A DNA stretch of 63,436 nucleotides, counting the filler, from Rhabdomonas costata (taxonomy: Eukaryota): assembly GCA_019059605.1 (NCBI GenBank). It is 53 parts of 53 records of this genome, joined end to end, with 100 filler letters (N's around TTAATTAATTAA, not from the genome) between each part and the next. Parts side by side here need not be neighbours in the genome. Positions count along the whole stretch, not along the records: positions 38,365 to 39,464 come from JAHMHO010028673.1; positions 39,565 to 40,663 come from JAHMHO010028674.1; positions 40,764 to 41,862 come from JAHMHO010028675.1; positions 41,963 to 43,060 come from JAHMHO010028676.1; positions 43,161 to 44,259 come from JAHMHO010028677.1; positions 44,360 to 45,458 come from JAHMHO010028678.1; positions 45,559 to 46,657 come from JAHMHO010028679.1; positions 46,758 to 47,856 come from JAHMHO010028680.1; 45 more parts are not named here. One strand, given 5' to 3'. The translations under genes and the position numbers were made by a program. Below are positions 38,365 through 49,035 of the stretch, one piece after another (within the stretch, counting starts at the first letter, position 1; the number at the start of each line of letters is the position of its first letter). The notes beneath the pieces are model-generated. The model was not told the DNA's origin. It searched no databases and saw nothing but the letters and a program-made list of their open reading frames with translations.

Positions 38365-38740
38365 CTCTCTTCTTGCTTGATCTCCTTGACGGTCGGCGGC
38401 CTTGTTCTTCATGGGCTTCTTCGTCTCGCTGGCCTGCCGTCGTTCTCCTTCGAATCCTGCTGAAAACAAACTAGGACAAAACTCTCCTCTCCAACCTCGC
38501 TCCATGCAATCCACTGTACTACCCTCACCTCTTGATCTCATCCGCTGTCTTCTCTTGGTCTCATCCGCTCTGAAATCCACGCCTTCCCTCGCTGCACTCT
38601 TCCTTGCTTGCATCCTTCGCTTCTCTTCTCTCTCATGACATTGCTACTCTTTTTCTCTTCTGGACTGCTCCATACTTCTCTAGCCACACCTACATGACTT
38701 CTCTCTCTCTTGTCACACCTACGTGATCTGGGCCGTGACA
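38365..38740 (-). mobile_element. Probable partial LTR, reverse orientation
   Basis: Minus strand starts TGTCACGGCCCAG at 38740, closely resembling the TGTAACGGCTCAG start of the adjacent LTR; same purine-rich strand bias. Confidence 0.45.
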
Positions 38741-38807
38741 CAAGCATAGTAGGGATACGGCTGCTGAACACCGAGCCCAGTGGAACCACCGGCGGACGCC
38801 GGGTTAC

Positions 38808-39253
38808 TGTAACGGCTCAGGACAGTTAGGTATCACGTTTGCAAGAGAAGTTGTTTCGTGACAGCTAAGTGGTTTTGAAAGAGCTTCCGTAAGGGAATGT
38901 TGAGCTCAGAGCGGGCTTTACCGGCTCTGTGTCTTTGTGCAGAACAGCAGTTGCATTGACTGAAAGACAGCTTAGAGCTGAACTGTTGCAGATGTTGTGA
39001 GAGAGAAGAGAGAATCAGTGAAATCTCAGGGGATCAGTGAGGTGCCGATATGAAGTGTTCTCAAGCTGAGAGAAGTTGCAAAGAGGCAGCAGAACTGAAG
39101 CTCAAGAGCTTAGCTTTCAAGAAAGTTGCAAGGAAAGAGGGAAGACCTTTGTGAGGAGCTGACCTTTGAGAGGAGAGAAGTGCGTGGAAAGGCGAGCGCC
39201 GAAGAGAAAGAAGAAAGTCCCGCTCTTGGGGACACCCAAGGTAAGCCGTGACA
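38808..39253 (+). mobile_element. Solo LTR-like element, 446 bp
   Basis: Termini TGTAACGGCT...AGCCGTGACA (TG..CA, 9/10 inverted match); non-coding and purine-rich; no clear target-site duplication. Confidence 0.6.
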
Positions 39254-39384
39254 GCGCCCACTTTGCGAAAGCATAGTCGGGATACGGCTGCTGAACACCG
39301 AGCCCAGTGGAACCACCGGCCGACGCCGGGTTACACGTAAGTGGTGAGGTTGCAAGCCGGGCCGTGACACGTGGTAGCAGAGGA
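39254..39384 (+). mobile_element. 3' end of a 5' LTR followed by a tRNA-iMet primer-binding site
   Basis: GGGCCGTGACA ends at 39369, 2-nt spacer, then TGGTAGCAGAGGA (39372-39384), complementary to the eukaryotic initiator tRNA-Met 3' end (..UCCUCUGCUACCA). Confidence 0.7.
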
Positions 39385-39458
39385 GGAATAATTCGACTTT
39401 GTGTGGTGGAGCGCACCTCGAAGTTGAAGTACCAAGTATCACGGCCCGGCTTGCAACC
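39348..39458. repeat. Fold-back inverted repeat at contig end (probable chimera)
   Basis: GGTTGCAAGCCGGGCCGTGA (39348-39367) inverted at 39439-39458, next to the A/C tract. Confidence 0.7.
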
Positions 39459-39581
39459 CAACCCNNNNNNNNNNNNNNNNNNNNNNNNNNNNNNNNNNNN
39501 NNNNNNNNTTAATTAATTAANNNNNNNNNNNNNNNNNNNNNNNNNNNNNNNNNNNNNNNNNNNNGGGTGTTGGGGTTCAGA

Positions 39582-39790
39582 TTGCCGAGATGGTGCGCGT
39601 GGGGCAGCGGTGTGCGCTGGTGTGCTCCGAGGACGCAGCCTCTGTGTACGCGGTGGTGCGGGTGCTGATTGTACTGCAGAAACTTCTGCGCAAAACCCAC
39701 GCTCCGATGTGGTATCAGATGAATGTGGTGGAAACGGACCAGGACCGCCGAGCTCTGCACTTTGTGATTCACCCGGATAGATCGTCATGA
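39582..39790 (+). CDS. Terminal exon of unknown protein
   Basis: TTCAG| then high-GC3 frame IAEMVRVGQRCALVCSEDAASVYAVVRVLIVLQKLL..HPDRSS*. Confidence 0.45.
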
Positions 39791-40522
39791 GGGCGGCGAC
39801 TGATCACTGGTTATACTTCGTCACAGTCTGCTTCTTTTCTCACGGTCGCTTTGAAGTGTCTTGAGCTGGAAACAGAGAGCTTTTTGGGCGGTGGGATACG
39901 GTGATCTCCCCCCCCCCACCAGACTCCTTTGGTCTATCATTGGGACTCTTCTTTTCTTGAAAATGTCTGAAGTTAGGAAAGGTTAATTTCACCGCGTGGG
40001 CTGGCCAACCCAACTTAAGTATGCGATGCCCCCCCCCTCTGAGAGTATCAGTATGCTATATCCGTATTTCATACCTGTATGCGCCCTTCGGTAAAGAAAA
40101 TCATTGCATGACGACCCCCACTCCATTGCGCTTCCCGAACAAGATATGCTTGGGAAAACTCCAGGTGACACGTGCATGCCTGACGTGAATTTCTCCTGCA
40201 CATTTCCCCTTTCGCGCAATTTCGGGAATAGAGGGGAGGGTGCATTACCTACCGATCAGTACTGCGGGGGAGGGGGGGTGCATATATTTCGATTCGGCAC
40301 GTTGAGCTGGTTTGCTTTGTCGCATCCCCTGGTGGTGGTGGTCTCGAACCCAGAGTTCGAAAGTGGGTTGCACCGGAATGCGTTTTCTTCAAATACAAGA
40401 GCGGGGCCAGAAAATTTGAAAATGGGACCAGTGTTAAAACCTCTCAGCTGAATGTTCTTGGACCTGGTATGGCTTGTGGTTATTTCGCCCCCACCCTCCA
40501 GGACAGGTTTGTTTTGTTGCAC

Positions 40523-40658
40523 GGGGTTAATTATAGTCTATGCACATCCATACATTCAGATACATTCAGGATATATTGCCGTAGTCTTTCTTTGGTTTTC
40601 GGCAATATATCCTGAATGTATCTGAATGTATGGATGTGCATAGACTATAATTAACCCC
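40523..40658. repeat. Fold-back inverted repeat at contig end (probable chimera)
   Basis: 59-bp perfect arms 40523-40581 and 40600-40658. Confidence 0.88.
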
Positions 40659-41076
40659 CACACNNNNNNNNNNNNNNNNNNNNNNNNNNNNNNNNNNNNN
40701 NNNNNNNTTAATTAATTAANNNNNNNNNNNNNNNNNNNNNNNNNNNNNNNNNNNNNNNNNNNNGTTTCTGTGGGAAGCCCAAGCAGAAACCGAAACTCCC
40801 GCGTGGAAATAAAGTGAACTAAAAAGCATAAGCATAAAAATAAGCACAGCCTCATCGGAAAGCCTGAGATTCCCGTGTACTACTGCACAGTTGTCGAATA
40901 TACAGGGTTGGCAGCTGAAGAACAGAAATGCTAATACAAATGCTAATTATGTGTGTTAACTAATACATGCATATTAAGAGTCCCCGTTCTGGACAAAACT
41001 TGGACAGTGATGTTAGCACATCACTGAGAAACGCGAATCGGGGCATCGCAGACCCGCCCAAACTCTCCGCTGGGAC

Positions 41077-41826
41077 CTGAATAGCTGGGATCCTGAAGGA
41101 GCTCCTCCAGCCCCATAGAGGCGTAGAGAAGGGCAGATCCACCCCCGGGCACAATCCCCTCAGCCACGGCATGGCGGGTAGCGTTCAAGGCGTCCTGAAC
41201 AACAACGACGAAACACGCCAGACAAAGGCATTCCATCGGTAAAGGAGCATCAATTTTCCCATATAAAAACAGGGTATTAGTTTTCGACCCATCACAGGTT
41301 GTTGGGGGCATAACGATGAAAAAACCGTTGCTCGCGGATCTTTATGCTTGAAAGTTGAATGGCGAGACCGCACCTATATCTCAAATCCCAAAGGGAAACC
41401 CCTCCTCCAAACCCACCCGCACACCTCAATGCGGTCCTTCTTCTCCGAAACTTCGACGTCCGAAGCGCCGCCAACCTAAAACGAGAAAAGAGCTCGTTCA
41501 ACAAACAGCTGCATGGGCAGAGTGTTCTCCCATCAACCTACAAAATTAAAAGCATACTCGGATGACACCAACGCCTCCGCTGAGCTTGGCAAGCCTGAAA
41601 AAGACAAAAGGAGGGACAGGAGCAGAAACGAAAAAGGTAAAAGCAAGCCACAAGATATGGCATAGAGGCACAGAGGCAGAGACAAAGACCTCTCGTTCAG
41701 CTTTTCCCGGTCGTAGCTTGAAGTGGAGGTCCGGAGGGACTCCTTAATGAACTCCACCCGGTTCGCCAACTGAGCGGCTGTCCCAGAGCCCCCCAGCAGA
41801 ATGCACGTGTCCTTCGTCACAGTGAC
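41077..41826 (-). CDS. HSP60: Chaperonin 60 (mitochondrial HSP60/GroEL family); exons 41826-41690, 41594-41558, 41475-41425, 41194-41077
   Basis: Spliced frame [69 protein letters not shown]; three complete GT-AG introns. Confidence 0.97.
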
Positions 41827-41962
41827 CTGAGCACACGCGCCCCCCCCCCCAAAAAAAATGGCNNNNNNNNNNNNNNNNNNNNNNNNNNNNNNNNNNNNNN
41901 NNNNNNTTAATTAATTAANNNNNNNNNNNNNNNNNNNNNNNNNNNNNNNNNNNNNNNNNNNN

Positions 41963-42810
41963 GGTGTGTGGGGTCACACCAACGGAGTCCAAAACAGCAC
42001 CATACCGCAACACCAGACCCAGAAAAACACATCAAAATGAAAACACACATCGAGCACCAAGTACACCACCGCTGCACACGCACAAAGCCACAACGCTGCA
42101 ACACAAACCTCAACACCAGTAACCTCCGCATGTACACAAACCCACCACCAGCACCCCCACCACCACGCACTCCATCTCCAGACCCTGACACGCCGGAACC
42201 TCTACTAGGACCGTAGGAAACACCCACACACTCGGCCCCACCAACACTCAGCCAAACGCTCCATACCAACCTAGAAGACGATACCAACACCCCAAATCAC
42301 ACCCAGCAACCCAACAGCACCTGCTCAACAACACGCCACACCCAAGTCCAACCAATCCGTATACACATAGCAGTAGTAGAAGTTCAGTAGCGAGAGAGAA
42401 CGTATACCAACAGAAACAGGAACGCGACCCCGTACCCTGACCTGGAACCCTGACCACAAACCAAGAAAGAGAAACCACCCCAACACCTTCCGCCATAGGG
42501 CATCACAAACCCCTCACCGCCATGACCCTCCACGTCCACGAAACCCACGGACATGACCCTCACACACATACACCCTACGCACCAAACGCCGATTCTTGAT
42601 CCACACGCACACTCCACCTCCGCATTGTGACCCCAACCCTCACCCTCGACCGTCCATCCACAACACGCCGCATCCAACCACACTGCCTAGACCCAAACGT
42701 ACAACCCTGACACGCCACGCACGCAACCACACGCAACCACACGCACCATCCAACCCCACGCACAGAACCAGAATACCGAAACCAGAATCAATCAAGAAAA
42801 GCAATACGAC
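41963..42810 (+). mobile_element. Possible heavily degenerate non-LTR retrotransposon fragment
   Basis: Extreme A/C strand skew; broken frames with remnants PDPDTPEPLLGP (decayed C-terminal zinc-finger-like) and IHIAVVEVQ (restriction-like endonuclease-like); weak. Confidence 0.25.
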
Positions 42811-44359
42811 ATGACCCCTTCAGCGCATTGGATTGGACTTTTCAGGGTCAATATAGTTGAATCAAAGCTCCAAAGCATGTTTTTTTGTGTTATACAATCC
42901 AAAAAAAAAAGTATTTTTTAAAGGAATATGCCACCGCCAAGGGACCCGAACTTTACTTCAGCCCATTGACATGCCTGGGCTTGAAGGCCGTGCATAGACT
43001 ACTTAGCACAAAGAGTGTAAAAAAAATCTACCAACAGACACACACACACACCCACACCCANNNNNNNNNNNNNNNNNNNNNNNNNNNNNNNNNNNNNNNN
43101 NNNNTTAATTAATTAANNNNNNNNNNNNNNNNNNNNNNNNNNNNNNNNNNNNNNNNNNNNTGGGGGTTCCATCACTCTTCGCCCCTCAGTCCTCGTCACC
43201 GACGGGCGCGGTGTGGTCCCGCATTCGCTCCAGAAGCTCGCGGTAGAAGGGGTGGAAGCTGAGGATGGTGCCGCGTCCACGGCGAACTTCAACCTGAGCG
43301 GGCGAGCGACAACCCCATCATCGCACCTTCCCACTGCTTCCCACTGCCCATCCTCCACAGCTACTTACATTTCACCTTGCAAACTGCACGGAAACTCTGG
43401 TGGCATTAACTCGCTTGCAGGAAACTTGTATTTCCCCAACCGGACATGCTTCGTTGGTCTTAGGTTGCAGAAAAGAATGCGCTCTCTCGCAGTGAGCCAA
43501 AAAAAATGTCCCATCCAGGTGGTGTTCGCCGCTGTTGCACTTGGGTACTATAGGCTTGAAATCCAAGAGTCATCACGGTACATCATGGAAATCTCATAGG
43601 CCGACTGCTGAGATGTGGACGGCATTCCAAGCATATACTTGGCAAGCACGCAAAATAGGCCTGGCCAAAACCTCCAATAAGCCACCGCTTTGAGTCCAAC
43701 CCGGGCTGCAGAGAAGTCTTGAAGCTGTCCTCAAGCATTCACTCACCGGGGAGTCTGCTGTTTGCTCCCCACACCCATTTCACCCACCAGATTCTTTTTT
43801 CTTTCGTGGCCATGGGCTCTTGCGGCCCTCCCCCTGGATGCAAATGTGGAGGTTTCCCACTGGCCTAAAAAGCCCTCTTTGTAGATGACTGCGCTTAACT
43901 TGGACAGAAGCTTCCGAAGAAAAATAATTTCATGGCTTTTGCGAAGAGGAAGAGGTGAGAGGCGCAAACCACGCTGACGTTGGGGTCCTGCTGGGATTGG
44001 GTGACGTCCAGGGCGAAGGTCAACACAGTGCCCCCTAAGCAAAGGCACCGTTCCCACCCCCTTGTGCATTGTGACAACATGATTGACACAATTATGCAAA
44101 AAGACATACGGACGGGATGGTGAAACAGACCGGCAAAAAAAAGTGAGACATTATCTGTTGCAACGTTCGCTTCACCAAGATAATTGAGAACCGTCTCTTG
44201 TAGGTGAGAACATTTCGGACTTCACAGCAAAAAAATGCCTGAAAAATGAAAAACAAAACNNNNNNNNNNNNNNNNNNNNNNNNNNNNNNNNNNNNNNNNN
44301 NNNTTAATTAATTAANNNNNNNNNNNNNNNNNNNNNNNNNNNNNNNNNNNNNNNNNNNN

Positions 44360-45458
44360 GGTTTTGGGTAGCATCGGCTCTCGGGATATACCACCTTCGA
44401 GGTTTCGGGGTCCACCCCGTAAAGGCTAGCTGTGGAAGTGCTGCCGTTGTAGATCAGTGCAAAGGAGAACCCGACCATCTGCGCACCCTGAAGCAGCAGC
44501 AGGGTCGTTCCAGACAAGGCGTCCAACAGCGAGGCGCCGTAGGAAACCCCATAGCTCAGCGACCAAAACGCCTATGAGAAGCAACGAAGTATTTCACAAG
44601 CTTGATTCAAACAGTGAGAATCGTGAAAACAAAGTAGCTCGTAAAGGTAAAGGCCAGAGAGTATTTTTGGAGTGCTGCAGGAGGCGCTGAGCCTGTCAAC
44701 TCAAACGAGAAATACGACAAACCAGCAGAGTCCGAATTTATTTCGGACGGCAGCACAGCTTTCAGTACTGGGCAATAAGGTACCCAGAAGGACAACGCTA
44801 TAACGCTCACGTGGGTAATACCATTTTCTCTCTCCCGAACCTCGGTCGACTCTAGTCGACTGGTGAACGAATGGAGCCTGGTGCACCGGAAGATGTGTGC
44901 GCTACAGGAAAGACCCCCAAAAAAAACATCAAGAACTGCAATTGGAAGCAGACAATCGCAATTCAACATCCGTTCCCACAATTTCAGACAACAAAACTAT
45001 CGGCATCTATCAGAATGTCAACAGGAGGACAGAGGAAGAATCCTCTGCAGAACCTGTCTCCGGCCTATGTTGTACAACAAAAGGCACAACCTGCCTCCCA
45101 ATGTCCAGCATGTCAGGAAACACAGAGATGTTCAAACCCCAGTCGGAGATGTACTTCAGCGTCACTAGAGATGCAGTAACCACGGTATTCATCTGTGCTT
45201 CCAGCTGCTCCTCCATTAGGTCAAGATCTCGGCTCATTAGCGCAGAGGCCATCTCACTGATCTGATACGCAGTGAACTCCGACAGCTCCTTCCCCTCACG
45301 TAGAGAGCTGTTGGTCAAGTTATCCAACATCGCTAGCGTGGACGAGGAGAGTTCAGCAAAAATTGATTCAGATCCGGACTGAACCTGAAAGACTGTATGC
45401 GAATTTATGGCCTGAAGCTCGCGGACCACTCCATAGGTGGAAGTAATCAACACCCACA
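44360..45458 (-). CDS. Unknown multi-exon protein
   Basis: 147-aa open frame from contig edge (..SLREGKELSEFTAYQISEMASALMSRDLDLMEEQL..) plus downstream exon LLDALSGTTLLLLQGAQMVGFSFALIYNG; internal splicing ambiguous. Confidence 0.45.
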
Positions 45459-45781
45459 NNNNNNNNNNNNNNNNNNNNNNNNNNNNNNNNNNNNNNNNNN
45501 NNTTAATTAATTAANNNNNNNNNNNNNNNNNNNNNNNNNNNNNNNNNNNNNNNNNNNNGGGGTGGGTGCAAAGACCCCAACAGGATGGCTTGTTTTTTTG
45601 TATCGTAGTGCCACTCTGGAGCTTTTTTATATGGTGTATTGGTGTGGTCTTGATCTATTCCTCCTTTACCGCTATCTTCTGCTGACGCGCTGTTGTTATG
45701 GTTTGCCCTGTGGACGAGACCAAAAGCTGCGTGCGTTGTACTTCGTAGCCTTCGTCCTAACGGGATACCTTCTCTTCTTAG

Positions 45782-46657
45782 GTGGCCGTGTTTGAGAGTG
45801 GGGAAAGCCTTTTGGCTGCGCTGGAGGCCAACCCCGGGCTGTGCAGGGGCGATCACCCTGTTGTGCTGACCGACATTGAGATGGAGGGCATGTCTGGGGT
45901 GGAGCTGGCAAAGCAGCTGCGGGAGAACTGGAGCCCTCATGCCCTGCCCATCATCGGTGTATTGCCCGCCGTCCTTCCCCTTGAATCATGGGCTTTATCT
46001 TTTGTGATGAAATGCCGAGGACGCTGGTGACACCGTCTACCAGAGCTGCAGCACACTGAAGGACGCCCCACACTCTAAATACGCAGATGCCTGTACGTCC
46101 TTCCCACTTGATACTGCAATCGTGGGAGCACCCGACGAATATCTTTCTGTTCAAACTCAGAAGATGAATGATGCAATTGGATACCGAGTATTAATGCAAA
46201 CCGTCCGTACACGTGAATTGCTCGCCGCGTCTTGGATTGCGTCCTTTGCCGTCGAAAGTGGTTCCCGTTTTTCAGCACATCCTTTTTGTGGCCTGCAGCG
46301 GACCCACGTTTAATGCGCTGTTGTTGCACTTTGTTCAGTCCCTCTTTGATTTAAGCCCGCTGATAATTCTTCATCCGTGAAAAGTTACGTCCAGGGCACA
46401 GGGCGTAGACACACGGAGAGCTTGTCTCGCCCCTCATCTCCCGCCCCCCTCCCGAACCGTGTGCTTCTTCAGCGGTCACGGCAAACCAGCTAAAAAGCCT
46501 TCGCGAAGAGTGCCCTCAGGCCGGGATTCAGGCCGTTCTGACCAAGCCTGTGGGCGTCAACCAGCTGGTGGCCACCGTGGGCAGCGTCGTCAGACACTCC
46601 CGGACTCCCAGTAACCCCCTGGACGCACCTGTGGGCAACTGTCTGGCCCCCCACCCC
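45782..46657 (+). CDS. Response-regulator receiver (REC) domain protein; exons 45782-45956 and 46473-end
   Basis: VVLTDIEMEGMSGVELAKQLR..LPII + phase-1 GT-AG intron 45957-46472 + AVTANQLKSLREECPQAGIQAVLTKPV; phosphoacceptor D, conserved T and KP all present; second exon is absent from the ORF track. Confidence 0.92.
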
Positions 46658-47089
46658 NNNNNNNNNNNNNNNNNNNNNNNNNNNNNNNNNNNNNNNNNNN
46701 NTTAATTAATTAANNNNNNNNNNNNNNNNNNNNNNNNNNNNNNNNNNNNNNNNNNNNGTGTGTGTGTGGAGCTCTCGCTGACGAATTACACAGGAGGTTC
46801 CCATGCGCCGCAACTGTCGGCTTATTCTTGGAAGGAGCAACAACCTGGCGCAGTCATGTAGCCATTTAATATTTTTGGGTTGTTGTCAGCGTTTCCAATG
46901 AACTTTGATTTATTTCTTAACCCCCCCCCCCGGAGTGATTGATGTACAAAGGTGAGCTGTAGATTGCCGCTCACACCAATGCGGAGGTCGTTGCTCCGGT
47001 GTGCGGGTGTCGTGTGTTTCATGAACAATACCGTTCAGAGCGTTTTCGGAAGGAGAAAGGGACTGCAATAGTACTGCTGATTTTTTCAG

Positions 47090-47562
47090 CAGTGATTGAA
47101 AGGCAATCGCAACTCCGCGTTTCCTTTCTCTCAGAATCGCTCATTCGCATGGAAGGAAACCTTGAGGCAATGACCTGCAGTTTCCTGAGGCAGGCCTTCC
47201 CTGACGCCAGCACGGTGGATTACACTGGCCCCTTTCACGCGAGGATAACCTTTGCCACCCCGACTCAGGCCAAGAACCCGCAGTGCTCCGCGACCGCAGC
47301 CGTGCAGGAGCTGCTCGAGTCCACTCCGGGGACCACCCCAACGGAGGTTGCCGTTCAGTGCAAGGCCGCTCTGCTGAGGAGAGTCCGAGAGGAGCTGGCC
47401 AGGTACAGGCCGAAGTGGGTGAAGTTTCCGAGAGATTTCACTGCAGGGACAATGCTGCTGTCGACGGAAGACCACGGCAGCTTCACGAGGCTCGCGAGTA
47501 AGGAGGTGATTGAAGTCCTTGGGAAGCCGTGCAAGCTCTCAGTGGAGATGACGCTGCCCACG
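47090..47562 (+). CDS. Internal exon (about 157 aa) of unknown protein
   Basis: TTTTTTCAG| acceptor, |GTGAGC donor, high GC3, open frame. Confidence 0.6.
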
Positions 47563-47956
47563 GTGAGCTTTATTTCGGGCGCGCGGGGAGGGGGGTTAGT
47601 CGTAGTCTTGTCTCTCTGCCGTCTGATGTTGCCGTTGTCTCTCACTTCCTTTCTTCTTCGGAGTGATCAGATGCAGAAGCATCGTTGAGAGGGAAGCGGC
47701 TTATTTTTTTAAAAAAGAAATTGTAGATGACATGTCAGGTGTACAGCAGCAGGAGCGAATAATACTTAGCACAAAAGTGCAGCGTGCAGCTAAGAAAGCG
47801 ATGTGCGAAAATGAACTTTAAATTACAGAATAGCGAGATAGTGAAAACAAACAACANNNNNNNNNNNNNNNNNNNNNNNNNNNNNNNNNNNNNNNNNNNN
47901 TTAATTAATTAANNNNNNNNNNNNNNNNNNNNNNNNNNNNNNNNNNNNNNNNNNNN

Positions 47957-48391
47957 TGTGGTTTTTGTTTCTTCGTTCTGGACCCCAGAATCAAGCCAGG
48001 ACTTTGCTCTTCCTGCCAAAGAAGCGAAAAGACCGCCATTTTGAGCAGGCTGGTCAACAGGCTCGGAATTCTTGGCATTGGCTTTGATGTCAAGCTTTGC
48101 GATCCAGTGTCCGATGGTTTGGCTCGGGTCGCATATTTTTTCCATCATTTCCGCAAGCTGGTCTTCATGCAGCTTGACTTCGGAAACGCGGAGAGCAGAA
48201 GCTTCTTCCCATGCTTGGTCGATTGCCGACTCACAAACCTGGCAGATGATGTACGGGACGACACCGCGATAAGGCTCTGCACGAGTATCTCCCTTCATTC
48301 CCATTCCTCTTCCAATCTTCCCAGAGATAACTCCAGGAAAAAAGACCACAAACAGGAGAAAAAGAGGAGGGAAACAATTCAAACGGCCCAT
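47957..48391 (-). CDS. Secreted/ER saposin-B-like (Canopy/DUF3456-type) protein, N-terminal part
   Basis: Signal peptide MGRLNCFPPLFLLFVVFFPGVISG, then VPYIICQVCE...EKICDP...GHWIAKLDI. Confidence 0.7.
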
Positions 48392-48906
48392 CGAGAAACA
48401 CAATTCTGACAAGAAATGTAATTTTGACTGCACGATGCCACACATTTTTGGTTACGCTCAAAGATACACTTACACGCGGACTGATGCAGATCGCCAGGGC
48501 GAGAACGGCGACGTGAGAACCTGACGGAAGTGGCAGGATCCACCTGCTTTTCTGTGCGGGCTGGCTGGCTGGGCTGTTGCGGTACGCGGATAGTGGCATT
48601 AGAGGCCTTACGTCCATCCTCCATCCGCCAGGCTGTAGGCTGCAGGGGGCCCCGCTGGGATGGTGCTTCAGTCCAGCGGGCAGAGCTGTGAGGCAGCTGT
48701 GATGAGGCACTGTGAAACCTCCCGCCTCGGCGGCGGACGTGAGTAGATTTCAGTCAGAAGGTCGGGCGGGGAAAGGGGACCTTATGTTGTATTGTTCTTG
48801 AGTATGGACCTCGCTTTTCCCTGTGTTGTCATGTGCAGGTTGTTTCGCTGACGAAGTCCCCAATTGTTTTCTTGTCTTCGAGCGAGCTTGCGTGTGTGGA
48901 AACCCA

Positions 48907-49035
48907 AAAACCATCACTCGCTTCTGAAAAAGTTCCTTCGTTTCCAGTGTAAGTTATTGCATTGTCTATTGCCCGGACCATGCGATAACTTACACTGGAA
49001 ACGAAGGAACTTTTTCAGAAGTGAGTGATGGTTTT
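48907..49035. repeat. Fold-back inverted repeat at contig end (probable chimera)
   Basis: About 55-bp near-perfect arms, adjacent to the terminal A/C tract. Confidence 0.82.
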
